DNA of 60,758 bases from Minisyncoccota bacterium (GCA_041649495.1 JBAZMZ010000004.1:1-60758); one strand, 5' to 3'. Positions 36,213-45,088 are shown, counted from the first letter of the stretch. Notes: generated from the letters alone by a model not told the origin. Translations and numbers: made by a program.

Positions 36213-36432
36213 GACAAACCGTCGGTAATTCAAAACTCATTAAGAGCGAGGGCTGACGGGCAAAACCAAAATCAGCGAGATCTTCTCCCTCGAGAGTCAG
36301 GTCAACCGCCTCCTTAATATTTGTCATCAATTCGTCCCAATTTTTAGCTTGCGTTACAATCGGCAAATCCATACCTTTGGCCGTATAATAACCGTCTTCT
36401 TGGATAATTCTAAATTGAGCAATATTTTTCAT
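36205..36432 (-). CDS. hicB: HicB/UPF0150-like antitoxin (copy 3)
   Basis: FRIIQEDGYYTAKGMDLPIVTQAKNWDELMTNIKEAVDL. It overlaps hicA by 8 nt. Confidence 0.7.
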   Translation of the reverse strand: MKNIAQFRIIQEDGYYTAKGMDLPIVTQAKNWDELMTNIKEAVDLTLEGEDLADFGFARQPSLLMSFELPTVCHA

Positions 36433-36440
36433 ACTTTTGT

Positions 36441-36470
36441 ATTATACCACTTTCCTATAGATTTTATCAA
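36441..36470 (-). promoter_or_regulatory. Promoter of hicBA-rpsL-rpsG-fusA
   Basis: The minus strand reads TTGATA (36470-36465), an 18-nt spacer, then TATAAT (36446-36441). The ATG lies 8 nt downstream, so the mRNA is almost leaderless. Confidence 0.5.
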
Positions 36471-36478
36471 GAAAAATT

Positions 36479-37096
36479 TTAGAGCCCGGTCAAAAGGTGA
36501 AAAATAACCGTCAGGAGGCCATTAATAATAAAACCGGCGCCGAAGATGATGGCCAGAATAATGACGAATTGATAACGAGCAAAAATCTCAATAAATTTGG
36601 AACGAGGCGGGAAAAAGGAAAATAGGATAGTTGAGCCATCAAGGGGCGGGATGGGGATGAGGTTAAACAAGCCCAACATAATGTTGATTAAAACAATGGT
36701 CGAAAGAATGGGCAAAGCTGGCGCGCCCAGTAAACTCACGCCCAAGCCTGAACGAATAAGTAGGCTAAAAATAATGGCGATAATGAAGTTGGAGGCCGGC
36801 CCGGCCAGCGCCACATAGGCCGGGCCGTTTTTAACCTTCAAATTATAAGGGTTATAAGGTACCGGCTTGGCCCAACCGAAGACAATCCCCCCGGGTAGAA
36901 GTGACAAAACCAACGGCACTATAATTGACCCAATTGGATCGATATGGGGAATCGGATTAAGCGTCAGGCGACCGGCTAATTTGGCCGTCGGATCGCCCAA
37001 AATATAAGCCAGCCAGCCGTGAGCAAGCTCGTGAACCATGACCGAGACAACCAAAATGGCCAAGGAGAAAATAAAACTAATTGAGGTAATAGTCAT
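36479..37096 (-). CDS. Site-2 protease family (M50) membrane metalloprotease
   Basis: Has HELAHG and a polytopic LNPIPHIDPIGS motif. Confidence 0.85.
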   Translation of the reverse strand: MTITSISFIFSLAILVVSVMVHELAHGWLAYILGDPTAKLAGRLTLNPIPHIDPIGSIIVPLVLSLLPGGIVFGWAKPVPYNPYNLKVKNGPAYVALAGPASNFIIAIIFSLLIRSGLGVSLLGAPALPILSTIVLINIMLGLFNLIPIPPLDGSTILFSFFPPRSKFIEIFARYQFVIILAIIFGAGFIINGLLTVIFHLLTGL

Positions 37097-37189
37097 AAGA
37101 ACTATAGTATAGCGTATTTAGCATCTTGGATCTAGGGTAAACCACCGATTAGCTTGCGAAAAAATGAGTTTATGTTAGTATCAAGGGTA

Positions 37190-37393
37190 ATGAAAACTTG
37201 CCCAATTTGCAACAAAGGCTCAATCATGGTTGGCGGTTACTCCAATCGGGTTCGCGCCACCAAATATAATCGCATTCCTGTTCAACGCAAACAGCCGAAT
37301 TTGCAATGGGCCAAAACTGCCGACGGCACCCGGATCAAAATTTGCACTCAATGCCTCAAAGGTGGCAAAAATCTATTAGTTAAAACGAAATAA
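37190..37393 (+). CDS. rpmB: Ribosomal protein bL28 (Cys-containing form)
   Basis: MKTCPICNKGSIMVGGYSNRVRATKYNRIPVQRKQPNLQ...CTQC. The ATG at 37190 is preferred. Confidence 0.7.
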   Translation: MKTCPICNKGSIMVGGYSNRVRATKYNRIPVQRKQPNLQWAKTADGTRIKICTQCLKGGKNLLVKTK

Positions 37394-37403
37394 AACAAAT
37401 CTA

Positions 37404-37433
37404 GTCCCGCGAGGCGCACGTGCCTCGCGGGAC
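37404..37433. terminator. Bidirectional GC-rich terminator hairpin
   Basis: GTCCCGCGAGGC gcacgt GCCTCGCGGGAC, lying between convergent genes. Confidence 0.65.
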
Positions 37434-37441
37434 TTCGGGAC

Positions 37442-37747
37442 TCAAAAAGAGGTGTCGTCCACAACCGGAGCTTGAGCCAGCAAGTCCTCAACTTGCTGGA
37501 AAAACCGCTCTTTGGCTCGCACTTTCCACACGGAATCAGTGAGAGCCCCTGTGTCTCCCCGCACCCGGACCCTGCGAGCTTTCCTCCCATCGGGGTCAAA
37601 GGCCAACGGGCTAATCTCCTCCGACACCACGGGGTCAGCAGGGTGGCCAGCCATACTCTTGTTGGCCTCCTCCTGAAACCCAAGGATGGCAACCAGAAGG
37701 CTCTTAGCCTGAGGCCCTGACAATTCCGTAACATCCGCAATCTTCAC
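37442..37747 (-). CDS. Hypothetical protein of about 101 aa, G+C-rich
   Basis: A GGGAGGGAGG SD lies upstream of GTG starts at 37756 and 37747. I recognise no motif. Confidence 0.45.
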   Translation of the reverse strand: MKIADVTELSGPQAKSLLVAILGFQEEANKSMAGHPADPVVSEEISPLAFDPDGRKARRVRVRGDTGALTDSVWKVRAKERFFQQVEDLLAQAPVVDDTSF

Positions 37748-37884
37748 GCAAAACACCTCCCTCCCGTTCCATAAGTTGCACTCACCAAGAACTCTATTTT
37801 AATTACTAGCACTAAATTTACATAAAAACAATGGCTTGAATAAGTTGTGTCTCCTATTTTTAGATTATCACAAATCTTGAGTGT

Positions 37885-38769
37885 TTAAAATCCCACCGTT
37901 TGCCCGTCGGATTTTAGGGTAATGGTGCCGAGGTCTTTGGTTTGAAGAATTTCGGCACCGACCGTTTCGAGCCAAGCCAAAGTTTCGACGCTGGGGTGAC
38001 CATAACGATTATCGACGCCAACCGAAATAACGGCGTATTCTGGCTTAACCGTTTTCAAAAACAAAAATGAATTAGAAGATTTAGCGCCATGGTGACTTAC
38101 TTTTAAAACATCCGCTTTAATTTTGCTCGCTTGAGCCCAAGCGAGCTGATCGCTAGCCTTAGTTGGCAGATCACCTGTGAAAAGAAAGGTGGTTGAAGCA
38201 TAAGTGAGTCGAGCGACGATGGAACTATTGTTTGTGTCTGGCTGTCCCCCTCGCGGTCCTAATTGCCAGGGTTTAGCCGAGAGAATTTCTAAAGAAACAT
38301 CACGACCCAAAATTATTTTTGTGCCGACTTGAGCAATTAAGTGGGTCGACTCTTCTTCTTTAATTTTTTCTTGTAAATTTTGGTAAACGCTAGTTTTGGC
38401 TGGAAATTTGGGCTCAATGAAACCGGCAACTTGATAACGATTGAAAACTTCGGGCAAACCGCCAATATGGTCTTGGTCGGGGTGCGACGCCATTACCAAA
38501 TCAATCGAGTGATCAAAAAATGGCATCACCTGACCCAGCTCGCGAACGACCGTTTGGTTCGGCCCACCATCAATCAAAACCTGTTTGCGATTGGGCGCAG
38601 TAATTAAAATCGCGTCGCCCTGCCCGACATCAAGAAAATTAACCGTGAGATATTGACTCGGCGTTTCCCACCAAATCGCCAACCACACAGTTGTCGTAAA
38701 AATCAAAAGTAAAAAAATAAAAAACCAACGATATTTCATTTCAACGATTATACCAAACCAGCGAACCAA
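37885..38769 (-). CDS. comEC: ComEC C-terminal MBL-fold (beta-lactamase-like) module as a separate ORF
   Basis: Has a TM helix, then VNFLDVGQGDAILI...MASHPDQDHIGG...VSHHG. Confidence 0.8.
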   Translation of the reverse strand: MVRWFGIIVEMKYRWFFIFLLLIFTTTVWLAIWWETPSQYLTVNFLDVGQGDAILITAPNRKQVLIDGGPNQTVVRELGQVMPFFDHSIDLVMASHPDQDHIGGLPEVFNRYQVAGFIEPKFPAKTSVYQNLQEKIKEEESTHLIAQVGTKIILGRDVSLEILSAKPWQLGPRGGQPDTNNSSIVARLTYASTTFLFTGDLPTKASDQLAWAQASKIKADVLKVSHHGAKSSNSFLFLKTVKPEYAVISVGVDNRYGHPSVETLAWLETVGAEILQTKDLGTITLKSDGQTVGF

Positions 38770-40163
38770 TGGGCGATTTGGAGGATATACTCGAGTAAGA
38801 AATAAGTGGGATAGCTAACGAGAAGCGAGAGGAAATGAGAGGTGAAACCGGTGATGCCAGTGACAAAACTGGCAAACATCGCGAAGGGCACCGCGGGTAA
38901 GGCGAAGATATTAGAAATGAAACCAACCAACGAAGCGTTGCCGGCCCGCCACAAGAGCCATGGGTAGACAGCAATTTGCGCGCCGGTAGTGGTGGCGATG
39001 ATCTCCTTCAGCCATTTTAATTTTGTATCAAGGGTTCCCCTTGATATTTTATCAATTCCCTTTTCAACAATTGGCGATAAATAAATTAGCCCCAAGGTGG
39101 CCAAAAACGAAAGTTGGAAACCGAGATCAAACGCCAGCAAACGCGGGTTCCACAAAACCATTAAGAAACCGGCCAACACCAGCGCCACCCCTGCTTCATA
39201 AGTCCGACCGAACCGTCGAGCGATTAGCGCTAAGCCCGCCATCACCGCCGAGCGCACGGCCGCGGCCTCGCCTCCCGTCATCCACACAAACAAAAAAATT
39301 GAACCAAGACCAAGCAACCACGACCAAAAGGGTGAAAACCAAGAAAAAAGTTTCAAAACATTTTCGGCCACAATGATAATGTTGTAGCCTGACAAAACAA
39401 TAATATGCGACATCCCCGCCTGACGAAATTCCTCCTCGGTTTTTGGACCCAAACCGCCCTTGTCGCCCAAAATTAACCCGCCTGCCAGAGTAGAGGCTGG
39501 TTCGGGCAAAACTTGGCGAAGATTAGTGAGAAATCTATTTTTCAGTTTAAACAAACCTGCTTTGAGCGCGCTCCCCTCACCACGTGCTAGGATTTTTATT
39601 TTAGGATAATAACTGATTTCACCAATGCCTCGAACCAGCAAATAATTTCGATAGTCAAAAACTATTGGTCGGCTTTGCCTCGCTGAAGTCTGGGACGAAG
39701 GCTGGGTCAAAAAATTTTCGGGTGGTTGCAATTTGCCCGTTAGTTCGATTTGATCGCCATAATGGTAATCGATAAAGTTGTCAGTCACCACAAGAACCCT
39801 TGTGGTGACCCTGAGCGTAGTCGAAGGGTTAAGCTCAACAATAAGTCTGGTGCTTTTGTCTCGTCGATCAGGATCGGCCACAATTAAACCAACCACGGTC
39901 TGTTTGGTTGAGCTAAAATTATCAATTCCGCCGACAGAAAAAAGTGAGTATCGAAATAAACCCAAAGTCACCCCGAGAAAAATTAAAACCAGAACGCCAA
40001 AAATTCGGCTTCGTTGATAAAGAAAAAACAAAAGGCCAAAAGCTAAAGCTAAAACTAAAAACAAAACCCGAACCGCCCCACCCAAATCATCCAGCCCCGC
40101 CAGAAAAATCCCCAACAAAAAACCGACAATTAATAATATTATAATTTTTCTTAATCTTCGCAT
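38748..40163 (-). CDS. comEC: ComEC/Rec2 N-terminal OB plus competence (channel) domain
   Basis: Polytopic with ...GMSHIIVLSGYNI... It overlaps the MBL ORF by 22 nt in another frame. Confidence 0.8.
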   Translation of the reverse strand: MRRLRKIIILLIVGFLLGIFLAGLDDLGGAVRVLFLVLALAFGLLFFLYQRSRIFGVLVLIFLGVTLGLFRYSLFSVGGIDNFSSTKQTVVGLIVADPDRRDKSTRLIVELNPSTTLRVTTRVLVVTDNFIDYHYGDQIELTGKLQPPENFLTQPSSQTSARQSRPIVFDYRNYLLVRGIGEISYYPKIKILARGEGSALKAGLFKLKNRFLTNLRQVLPEPASTLAGGLILGDKGGLGPKTEEEFRQAGMSHIIVLSGYNIIIVAENVLKLFSWFSPFWSWLLGLGSIFLFVWMTGGEAAAVRSAVMAGLALIARRFGRTYEAGVALVLAGFLMVLWNPRLLAFDLGFQLSFLATLGLIYLSPIVEKGIDKISRGTLDTKLKWLKEIIATTTGAQIAVYPWLLWRAGNASLVGFISNIFALPAVPFAMFASFVTGITGFTSHFLSLLVSYPTYFLLEYILQIAHWFAGLV

Positions 40164-40190
40164 TGACCAAAAATGTTTTTACGCTATACT

Positions 40191-40293
40191 AAAAAAAATT
40201 CCCGTGGACAAGTCCTGATAAACAGGGGGTGGTGACAAACCGAAAGACCCATGGCTGGTTTAGCCGCAAGGGCAGTCACCCCGAAACGGGAAT
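40191..40293 (-). ncRNA. Candidate structured RNA or complex terminator between rnhA and comEC
   Basis: On the minus strand, ATTCCCGT ... ACGGGAAT closes a GC-rich multi-helix core of about 85 nt (GGGGTGAC...GTCACCACCCC) and is followed by T8. Confidence 0.35.
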
Positions 40294-40339
40294 CTTAGGG
40301 CGATGGTATCTCGAACGAGAACTCGCTCCTTTTCTTGTT

Positions 40340-40786
40340 TTAAAACAACCCTTTCTGCTCGCGCTCGCCTTCGTCCATCGCTTGATTAGCCAATTGATCA
40401 GCTTCAGTATTTTTTTCGCGCGGGATAAAGGTGATAGAAATATGGGGAAAATCGGCCACGCGCAAATTGTGGATTTTCATAAATAACGGCACCATTTTCG
40501 CCTCTTTAACTTGATACTCATGACGTAATTGTTTACCAACCAATTCACTATCCATTCTTATTTCAACATCCAGATTGCGAGTCTTGTCTTTGCCAAAAAC
40601 TTTTTTCAAAGTATCCAAACCCAATAACACCGCTTGATACTCAGCCTCATTATTCGTCATCTGACCCAAGAAGAGATGGGCTTTGCGAATAATTTCGCCC
40701 TTATCGTTATAAATAAACACCCCCGCCCCCGCCGGCCCGGGATTCCCCCGCGCGCCCCCGTCGGTATACATTATGACTTTTTCCAT
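40340..40786 (-). CDS. rnhA: Ribonuclease HI
   Basis: MYTDGGARGNPGPAGAGV...NNEAEYQAVLLGL... Confidence 0.9.
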   Translation of the reverse strand: MEKVIMYTDGGARGNPGPAGAGVFIYNDKGEIIRKAHLFLGQMTNNEAEYQAVLLGLDTLKKVFGKDKTRNLDVEIRMDSELVGKQLRHEYQVKEAKMVPLFMKIHNLRVADFPHISITFIPREKNTEADQLANQAMDEGEREQKGLF

Positions 40787-40807
40787 AGGTTTATTATAAC
40801 TCGCGTT

Positions 40808-42571
40808 TTAAATTACGCTAGTCGGTTTTAAATCTACAATCCGCAAGCGGAGTTCGGGGTAATTTTTGAACATTGATTTTTCGAGAGTGGCTAAGAGATC
40901 AAGACGCTCCCTTTTCGCTAGTTTGAGATCGCCAAAAATATGGGTAGGGTCATCGGGCACTGGCGAGGCAAAAAAACCGATGGCCGGGATCCGTTTGCCG
41001 TCAGGTTTTTTGAAAGTTAATTCTAAATGTAAACCCCCATTGCCAAAATATTTTACTTCGTCAACCTCAAGATCTTTTAACCAAAAAACTGGTTTGGGAT
41101 TATCCACCCCGAACGGTGCCAGCGGTTCAATCAATTGGTAAGTGTCCCAAGTTAATTGATCAAGAGTTAATTCCTCATCAACCAATAATTCCGTTTCAAC
41201 CGCTTCTTTCTTGGTTTTTTTGTAAGCCGAGATTAAACGCGGGGCCAATTCTGAAACTTTTTCGGGCGCCAGCGAAAAGCCGGCCGCCATGGCATGACCA
41301 CCCAAATCTAAAAAGAATTTACTCCCAGGCACGCTATCGTCCGCCCAACGCATTACTTCCACCAAATTTATCGAGCCATCCGAGCGACCCGAGCCCTTAA
41401 TCACGCTGTTAGCATTCTGACTCCAAAGCCAAACGGGTCGGCCATATTTCTCTACCAAGCGCGAACTAGTAAGACCCAACATCCCCAGACCCCAATCGGG
41501 CGAACCAGCCACAACAATTGGAGGTAATTCTTCAATTGGTAAATCACCAATTTGTTCCGCCACCCCCTTAATCACTACCTCCACCGCTTCCCGGCGGGCT
41601 TTATTTTTATCTTCTAAATGTTTCGCAATCGTCACCGCTTCCACTTCATCATAAGTGGTGAGTAAATAATAGGCTTGGGACGCGTGCGACATTCGACTGG
41701 CCGAGTTAATCCGCGGACCAAGCATAAAACTAATATCGTCTTCGGTGACATTGGCCGGTCTCGTTTTGATAATGTTTAAGAGCGCCAGCAAACCCAAACG
41801 CTTGGTTTGGCGCAAAACTTTGAGACCATAATAAGCGAGTAAGCGATTCTCGCCCGTCAGGGGCACCATATCGCTGACCGTAGCAATTACCACTAAATCA
41901 AGTAACCACTTCTCCCAACCGGTCGGGATATTAAAACGATTTTTCAATAACAACGCACAGATAAATTTATACATCACCCCCGAACCCGCTAACATTTTTT
42001 CAGGATAATGATCGTCAAGCTGTTTGGCATCAACAATCGCGTAAGCCGACGGGAGTTCGGCCGGTGCCAAATGATGATCAGTGATAACAACATCAATCCC
42101 CTTTTTGTTGGCTAATTTTACTTCGGTCACATCGGTAATGCCACAATCGATCGTAATAATTAACTTGACCCCTTGCTTGGTAAAATCCTCAATCTTCTCC
42201 GGACTCAAACCGTAGGCCTCGTTATTTCGATCAGGAATAAAAACTTCGAAATTATGATAGCCAATTTTATGAAAAAAGAGCGCCAACATCGCCGAACCGG
42301 GTACCCCATCAGCGTCATAGTCACCAAAAATAATTATTTTCTCCTTTCGTTCTAGGGCTAAGAACAAACGATCCACCGCCTTGGCCATATCCTTCATTAA
42401 AAAGGGATCAAGTAAATCGCGCTCGTAATCAGGCTGAAGATATTTTTCGGCTTCGGCTTTAGTTTTAATCCCACGATAAAAAAGCAATTTCCGAACTAAT
42501 TCGGGATAATCACTTAATTCAGCTTCGGCTTTTTTACTAATCGCCTTTCGTAATTTCCAGTTTTTCACCAT
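40808..42571 (-). CDS. recJ: Single-stranded-DNA-specific exonuclease RecJ
   Basis: Has DHH (ITDHH) and DHHA1 motifs. The ATG at 42571 avoids overlap with the divergent HIT gene. Confidence 0.9.
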   Translation of the reverse strand: MVKNWKLRKAISKKAEAELSDYPELVRKLLFYRGIKTKAEAEKYLQPDYERDLLDPFLMKDMAKAVDRLFLALERKEKIIIFGDYDADGVPGSAMLALFFHKIGYHNFEVFIPDRNNEAYGLSPEKIEDFTKQGVKLIITIDCGITDVTEVKLANKKGIDVVITDHHLAPAELPSAYAIVDAKQLDDHYPEKMLAGSGVMYKFICALLLKNRFNIPTGWEKWLLDLVVIATVSDMVPLTGENRLLAYYGLKVLRQTKRLGLLALLNIIKTRPANVTEDDISFMLGPRINSASRMSHASQAYYLLTTYDEVEAVTIAKHLEDKNKARREAVEVVIKGVAEQIGDLPIEELPPIVVAGSPDWGLGMLGLTSSRLVEKYGRPVWLWSQNANSVIKGSGRSDGSINLVEVMRWADDSVPGSKFFLDLGGHAMAAGFSLAPEKVSELAPRLISAYKKTKKEAVETELLVDEELTLDQLTWDTYQLIEPLAPFGVDNPKPVFWLKDLEVDEVKYFGNGGLHLELTFKKPDGKRIPAIGFFASPVPDDPTHIFGDLKLAKRERLDLLATLEKSMFKNYPELRLRIVDLKPTSVI

Positions 42572-42596
42572 ATACGCTATACTATCATACAAACCG

Positions 42597-43016
42597 ATGG
42601 ACCCAAATTGTTTATTTTGCAAAATTGTCGCTGGCGAGATTCCGGCTTACCAAATTTACGAGGATGACGACTTCCTCGCTTTTCTTGATATCAACCCGAT
42701 TAATTTGGGTCACACTCTTTTGATTCCCAAAATTCACGCGCACAATCTTTTCGATCTCCCAACGGAGACCTTAACCAAACTTGGCCCCGTCTTGCAAAAA
42801 GTCGGCCAAGCGGTCAAGGCTGGCATCAAAGCTGATGGTTTAAATCTGGGGATGAATAACGAGGCCCAAGCTGGTCAACTCATCTTCCACGCCCATTTTC
42901 ACCTCATTCCCCGCTTCGAAAACGATGGTTTCAAACATTGGCAAGGCCAAGGCAGTGAAACCAAAACGGATTTCGAAAAAACTCAAACTGCAATCAAAAA
43001 AGAGCTGGCTAGTTGA
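42597..43016 (+). CDS. HIT-family (histidine triad) protein
   Basis: CLFCKIVAGEIP...HAHFHLIPR. Confidence 0.9.
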   Translation: MDPNCLFCKIVAGEIPAYQIYEDDDFLAFLDINPINLGHTLLIPKIHAHNLFDLPTETLTKLGPVLQKVGQAVKAGIKADGLNLGMNNEAQAGQLIFHAHFHLIPRFENDGFKHWQGQGSETKTDFEKTQTAIKKELAS

Positions 43017-43048
43017 CAATTTTTCTAAAATAAATTAAGCTTATTATT

Positions 43049-43288
43049 GGACAAGCTGGTTTTTCTGTCTAACGCCGAGCCGAGTGAGAGACTCGGTCGG
43101 CCTCGGAGGTTTAGTCCGTGGAACTTGACGGAGCCCCAGCTTATCGAGGGTAGATCTCAAGAAAACTCCCAACCCGAGAGAAAACCAACCCCGGATTAGG
43201 GGGCCCCACGGCGGGGAATGGGAGATCTGCCCAGGCTCAAATGGCCACCAAGCGAGGATAAATTCGCAAGGTGGCCATTATTATTTTT
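43049..43288 (+). ncRNA. Candidate GC-rich structured RNA (about 240 nt) ending in an intrinsic terminator
   Basis: Nested helices are AAGCTGG/CCAGCTT, GCCGAGCCGAGT/ACTCGGTCGGC and GGGTAGATCTC/GAGATCTGCCC. The terminator is ATGGCCACC...GGTGGCCAT plus a T run. There is no ORF. Confidence 0.4.
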
Positions 43289-43295
43289 GCTAATC

Positions 43296-44312
43296 TTATT
43301 TCAACGCCTTAATCCCAGGCAAAGTGCCCGTCGCCAAGAAATCAAGCATGGCACCACCAGCCGTCGAGACAAAAGTAAAATTTTTCAGTAATTTTAATTC
43401 TTCAATCGCCGAAAGAGTATCGCCACCACCGACAATTGATTTCCCTTTCGCCCGAGCGATAATTCTGGCCGTTTCGAGCGTTCCTTTTTTTGCTCCTGTT
43501 TCAAACCAACCCATGGGACCATTCCAAACAATGAGTTTCGCGCCCTTTATCATTTGTTCAATTTGTTTAAGCGCTTCTGGGCCGATGTCGACGATTTGAT
43601 TTTTTTGGTTTTTGATCACGTCAACTGGTAATAAGATTTTTTTATTTTTCAAAAACGGTTTAATATAATCGACGTCTCCGTCAGCAATTGAAGCGCCGAT
43701 ATCGCAACCCAGTGCCTTCATAAACGAATTGGCCAAAGCCCCGCCGATAAAAATCTGATCCGCCGTTTTTAAGAATTTTTTAATCAAAGGAATTTTGGTT
43801 TGGAATTTCAATCCACCCAAAATAACTACCATTTTGCCCTTAGGCTTAAGCGCTAAACTCAAATTTTGAAATTCTTTAGCAAATAACAGGCCGATATAAC
43901 TAGGCAAGTATTTTGGCACCCCAACCACTGAAGCGTGCGCCCGATGCGAAACCGAGAAGGCGTCATTAACATAGAGGTCGGCGCGACTGGCTAATTGTTT
44001 GGCAAATTCCGAATCATTTTCTTGTTCACCAAGATCGCTCCGCAAATTCCCCAGCAACTCAACCGATTGAGCGAGATTTTTTTTAAGATAACGAGCAACC
44101 GGCGTTAAACTAGCCGAACCATCGCTCCCCAAATGGCTCATCAAAATCACCTTAGCCCCATTTTTGAGCAGGTATTTAATCGTCGGTAAACTTTGCTGGA
44201 TCCGAAAATCATCTATAATCCGACCATTTTTAATCGGCACATTAAAATCGACACGCACTAGCACTTTTTTGCCTAATAAATCTTTCTTTTTGAGTTCCGT
44301 GATTATTTTCAT
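43296..44312 (-). CDS. pgk: Phosphoglycerate kinase (short, 338 aa)
   Basis: LLGKKVLVRVDFNVPIKNGRIIDDFRIQQSLPTIKYL. Confidence 0.9.
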   Translation of the reverse strand: MKIITELKKKDLLGKKVLVRVDFNVPIKNGRIIDDFRIQQSLPTIKYLLKNGAKVILMSHLGSDGSASLTPVARYLKKNLAQSVELLGNLRSDLGEQENDSEFAKQLASRADLYVNDAFSVSHRAHASVVGVPKYLPSYIGLLFAKEFQNLSLALKPKGKMVVILGGLKFQTKIPLIKKFLKTADQIFIGGALANSFMKALGCDIGASIADGDVDYIKPFLKNKKILLPVDVIKNQKNQIVDIGPEALKQIEQMIKGAKLIVWNGPMGWFETGAKKGTLETARIIARAKGKSIVGGGDTLSAIEELKLLKNFTFVSTAGGAMLDFLATGTLPGIKALK

Positions 44313-44317
44313 CGCGA

Positions 44318-45088
44318 TTATTTGGCTTTTTCGGCAATTTTGATAATTTCGGCAAAGTTTTTCGGGTTAAGCGAATCACGACCCACCAACAAGCCGTCGG
44401 CTTGACCGGCGACCAGAAAATCGCCAGCGTTGAGTGCGCTCGCCGAACCACCATAAAGCACCGGTAAGGCCAAGGCCTTTTTCTTGCCAATAATTCGACT
44501 AGCAATTTTACGGATAAAAATTTTGTTATGCAAAAAGCCTTCGGGCGTTTCCACCCCGGTCGCCTTCTTACCAATCGCCCAAACCGGTTCGTAAGCAATC
44601 ATCAGTTTGTCGGCTTGACGCGTCGGAAAATCAGCCAAGTCTTTTTCGAGTTGAGTCTGCAAAACAGCCAAATACTCGCCATGATGGTCGCGCACCGCTT
44701 CGCCAATACACAAAATCACCCGTAAGCCGGCCGTTAGTGCCGTCTTAATTTTTTGGCTGATAATCTCGTCCGTATCGCCACTTGCCCGCCGTTCCGAATG
44801 ACCAATAATCGTGGTTTTAATGCCCAAATCACGAATCATATAAGCCGAAGTCCCGCCCGTTTGCGCGCCTTGATCTTGAAAATGACAATCTTGCGCGCCT
44901 AATTCGAGCTTATTGCTCCCCAAGGTTAATTTTTTGAGTTCTGATAAATAAATCGCTGGCGCGCAAATTAAGACTTTCGTCCGACGGGCTCGGCCCACAA
45001 TCTTTTTAATCGCCCCAAAAGTCTGCTTTGTCTCCTTCAGGGTCACTGGGTTCATCTTCCAATTCCCCACAATTATTTTATTAGCCAT
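44318..45088 (-). CDS. tpiA: Triosephosphate isomerase
   Basis: KIIVGNWKMN...IIGHSERR... Confidence 0.95.
   Translation of the reverse strand: MANKIIVGNWKMNPVTLKETKQTFGAIKKIVGRARRTKVLICAPAIYLSELKKLTLGSNKLELGAQDCHFQDQGAQTGGTSAYMIRDLGIKTTIIGHSERRASGDTDEIISQKIKTALTAGLRVILCIGEAVRDHHGEYLAVLQTQLEKDLADFPTRQADKLMIAYEPVWAIGKKATGVETPEGFLHNKIFIRKIASRIIGKKKALALPVLYGGSASALNAGDFLVAGQADGLLVGRDSLNPKNFAEIIKIAEKAK

Noticed and set aside
37348-37740. 130-aa minus-strand ORF overlapping both the 101-aa orphan and the rpmB 3' end
   Set aside because: Its translation is Arg/Leu/Trp-rich and it crosses the shared terminator hairpin. The 37442-37747 frame looks more protein-like.
43100-43120. GGAGGTTTAGTCCGTGG as the RNase P RNA P4 (GAGGAAAGUCCGGGC) motif
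   Set aside because: The match is poor. The region is too short for RNase P RNA, and the other conserved RNase P blocks are absent.
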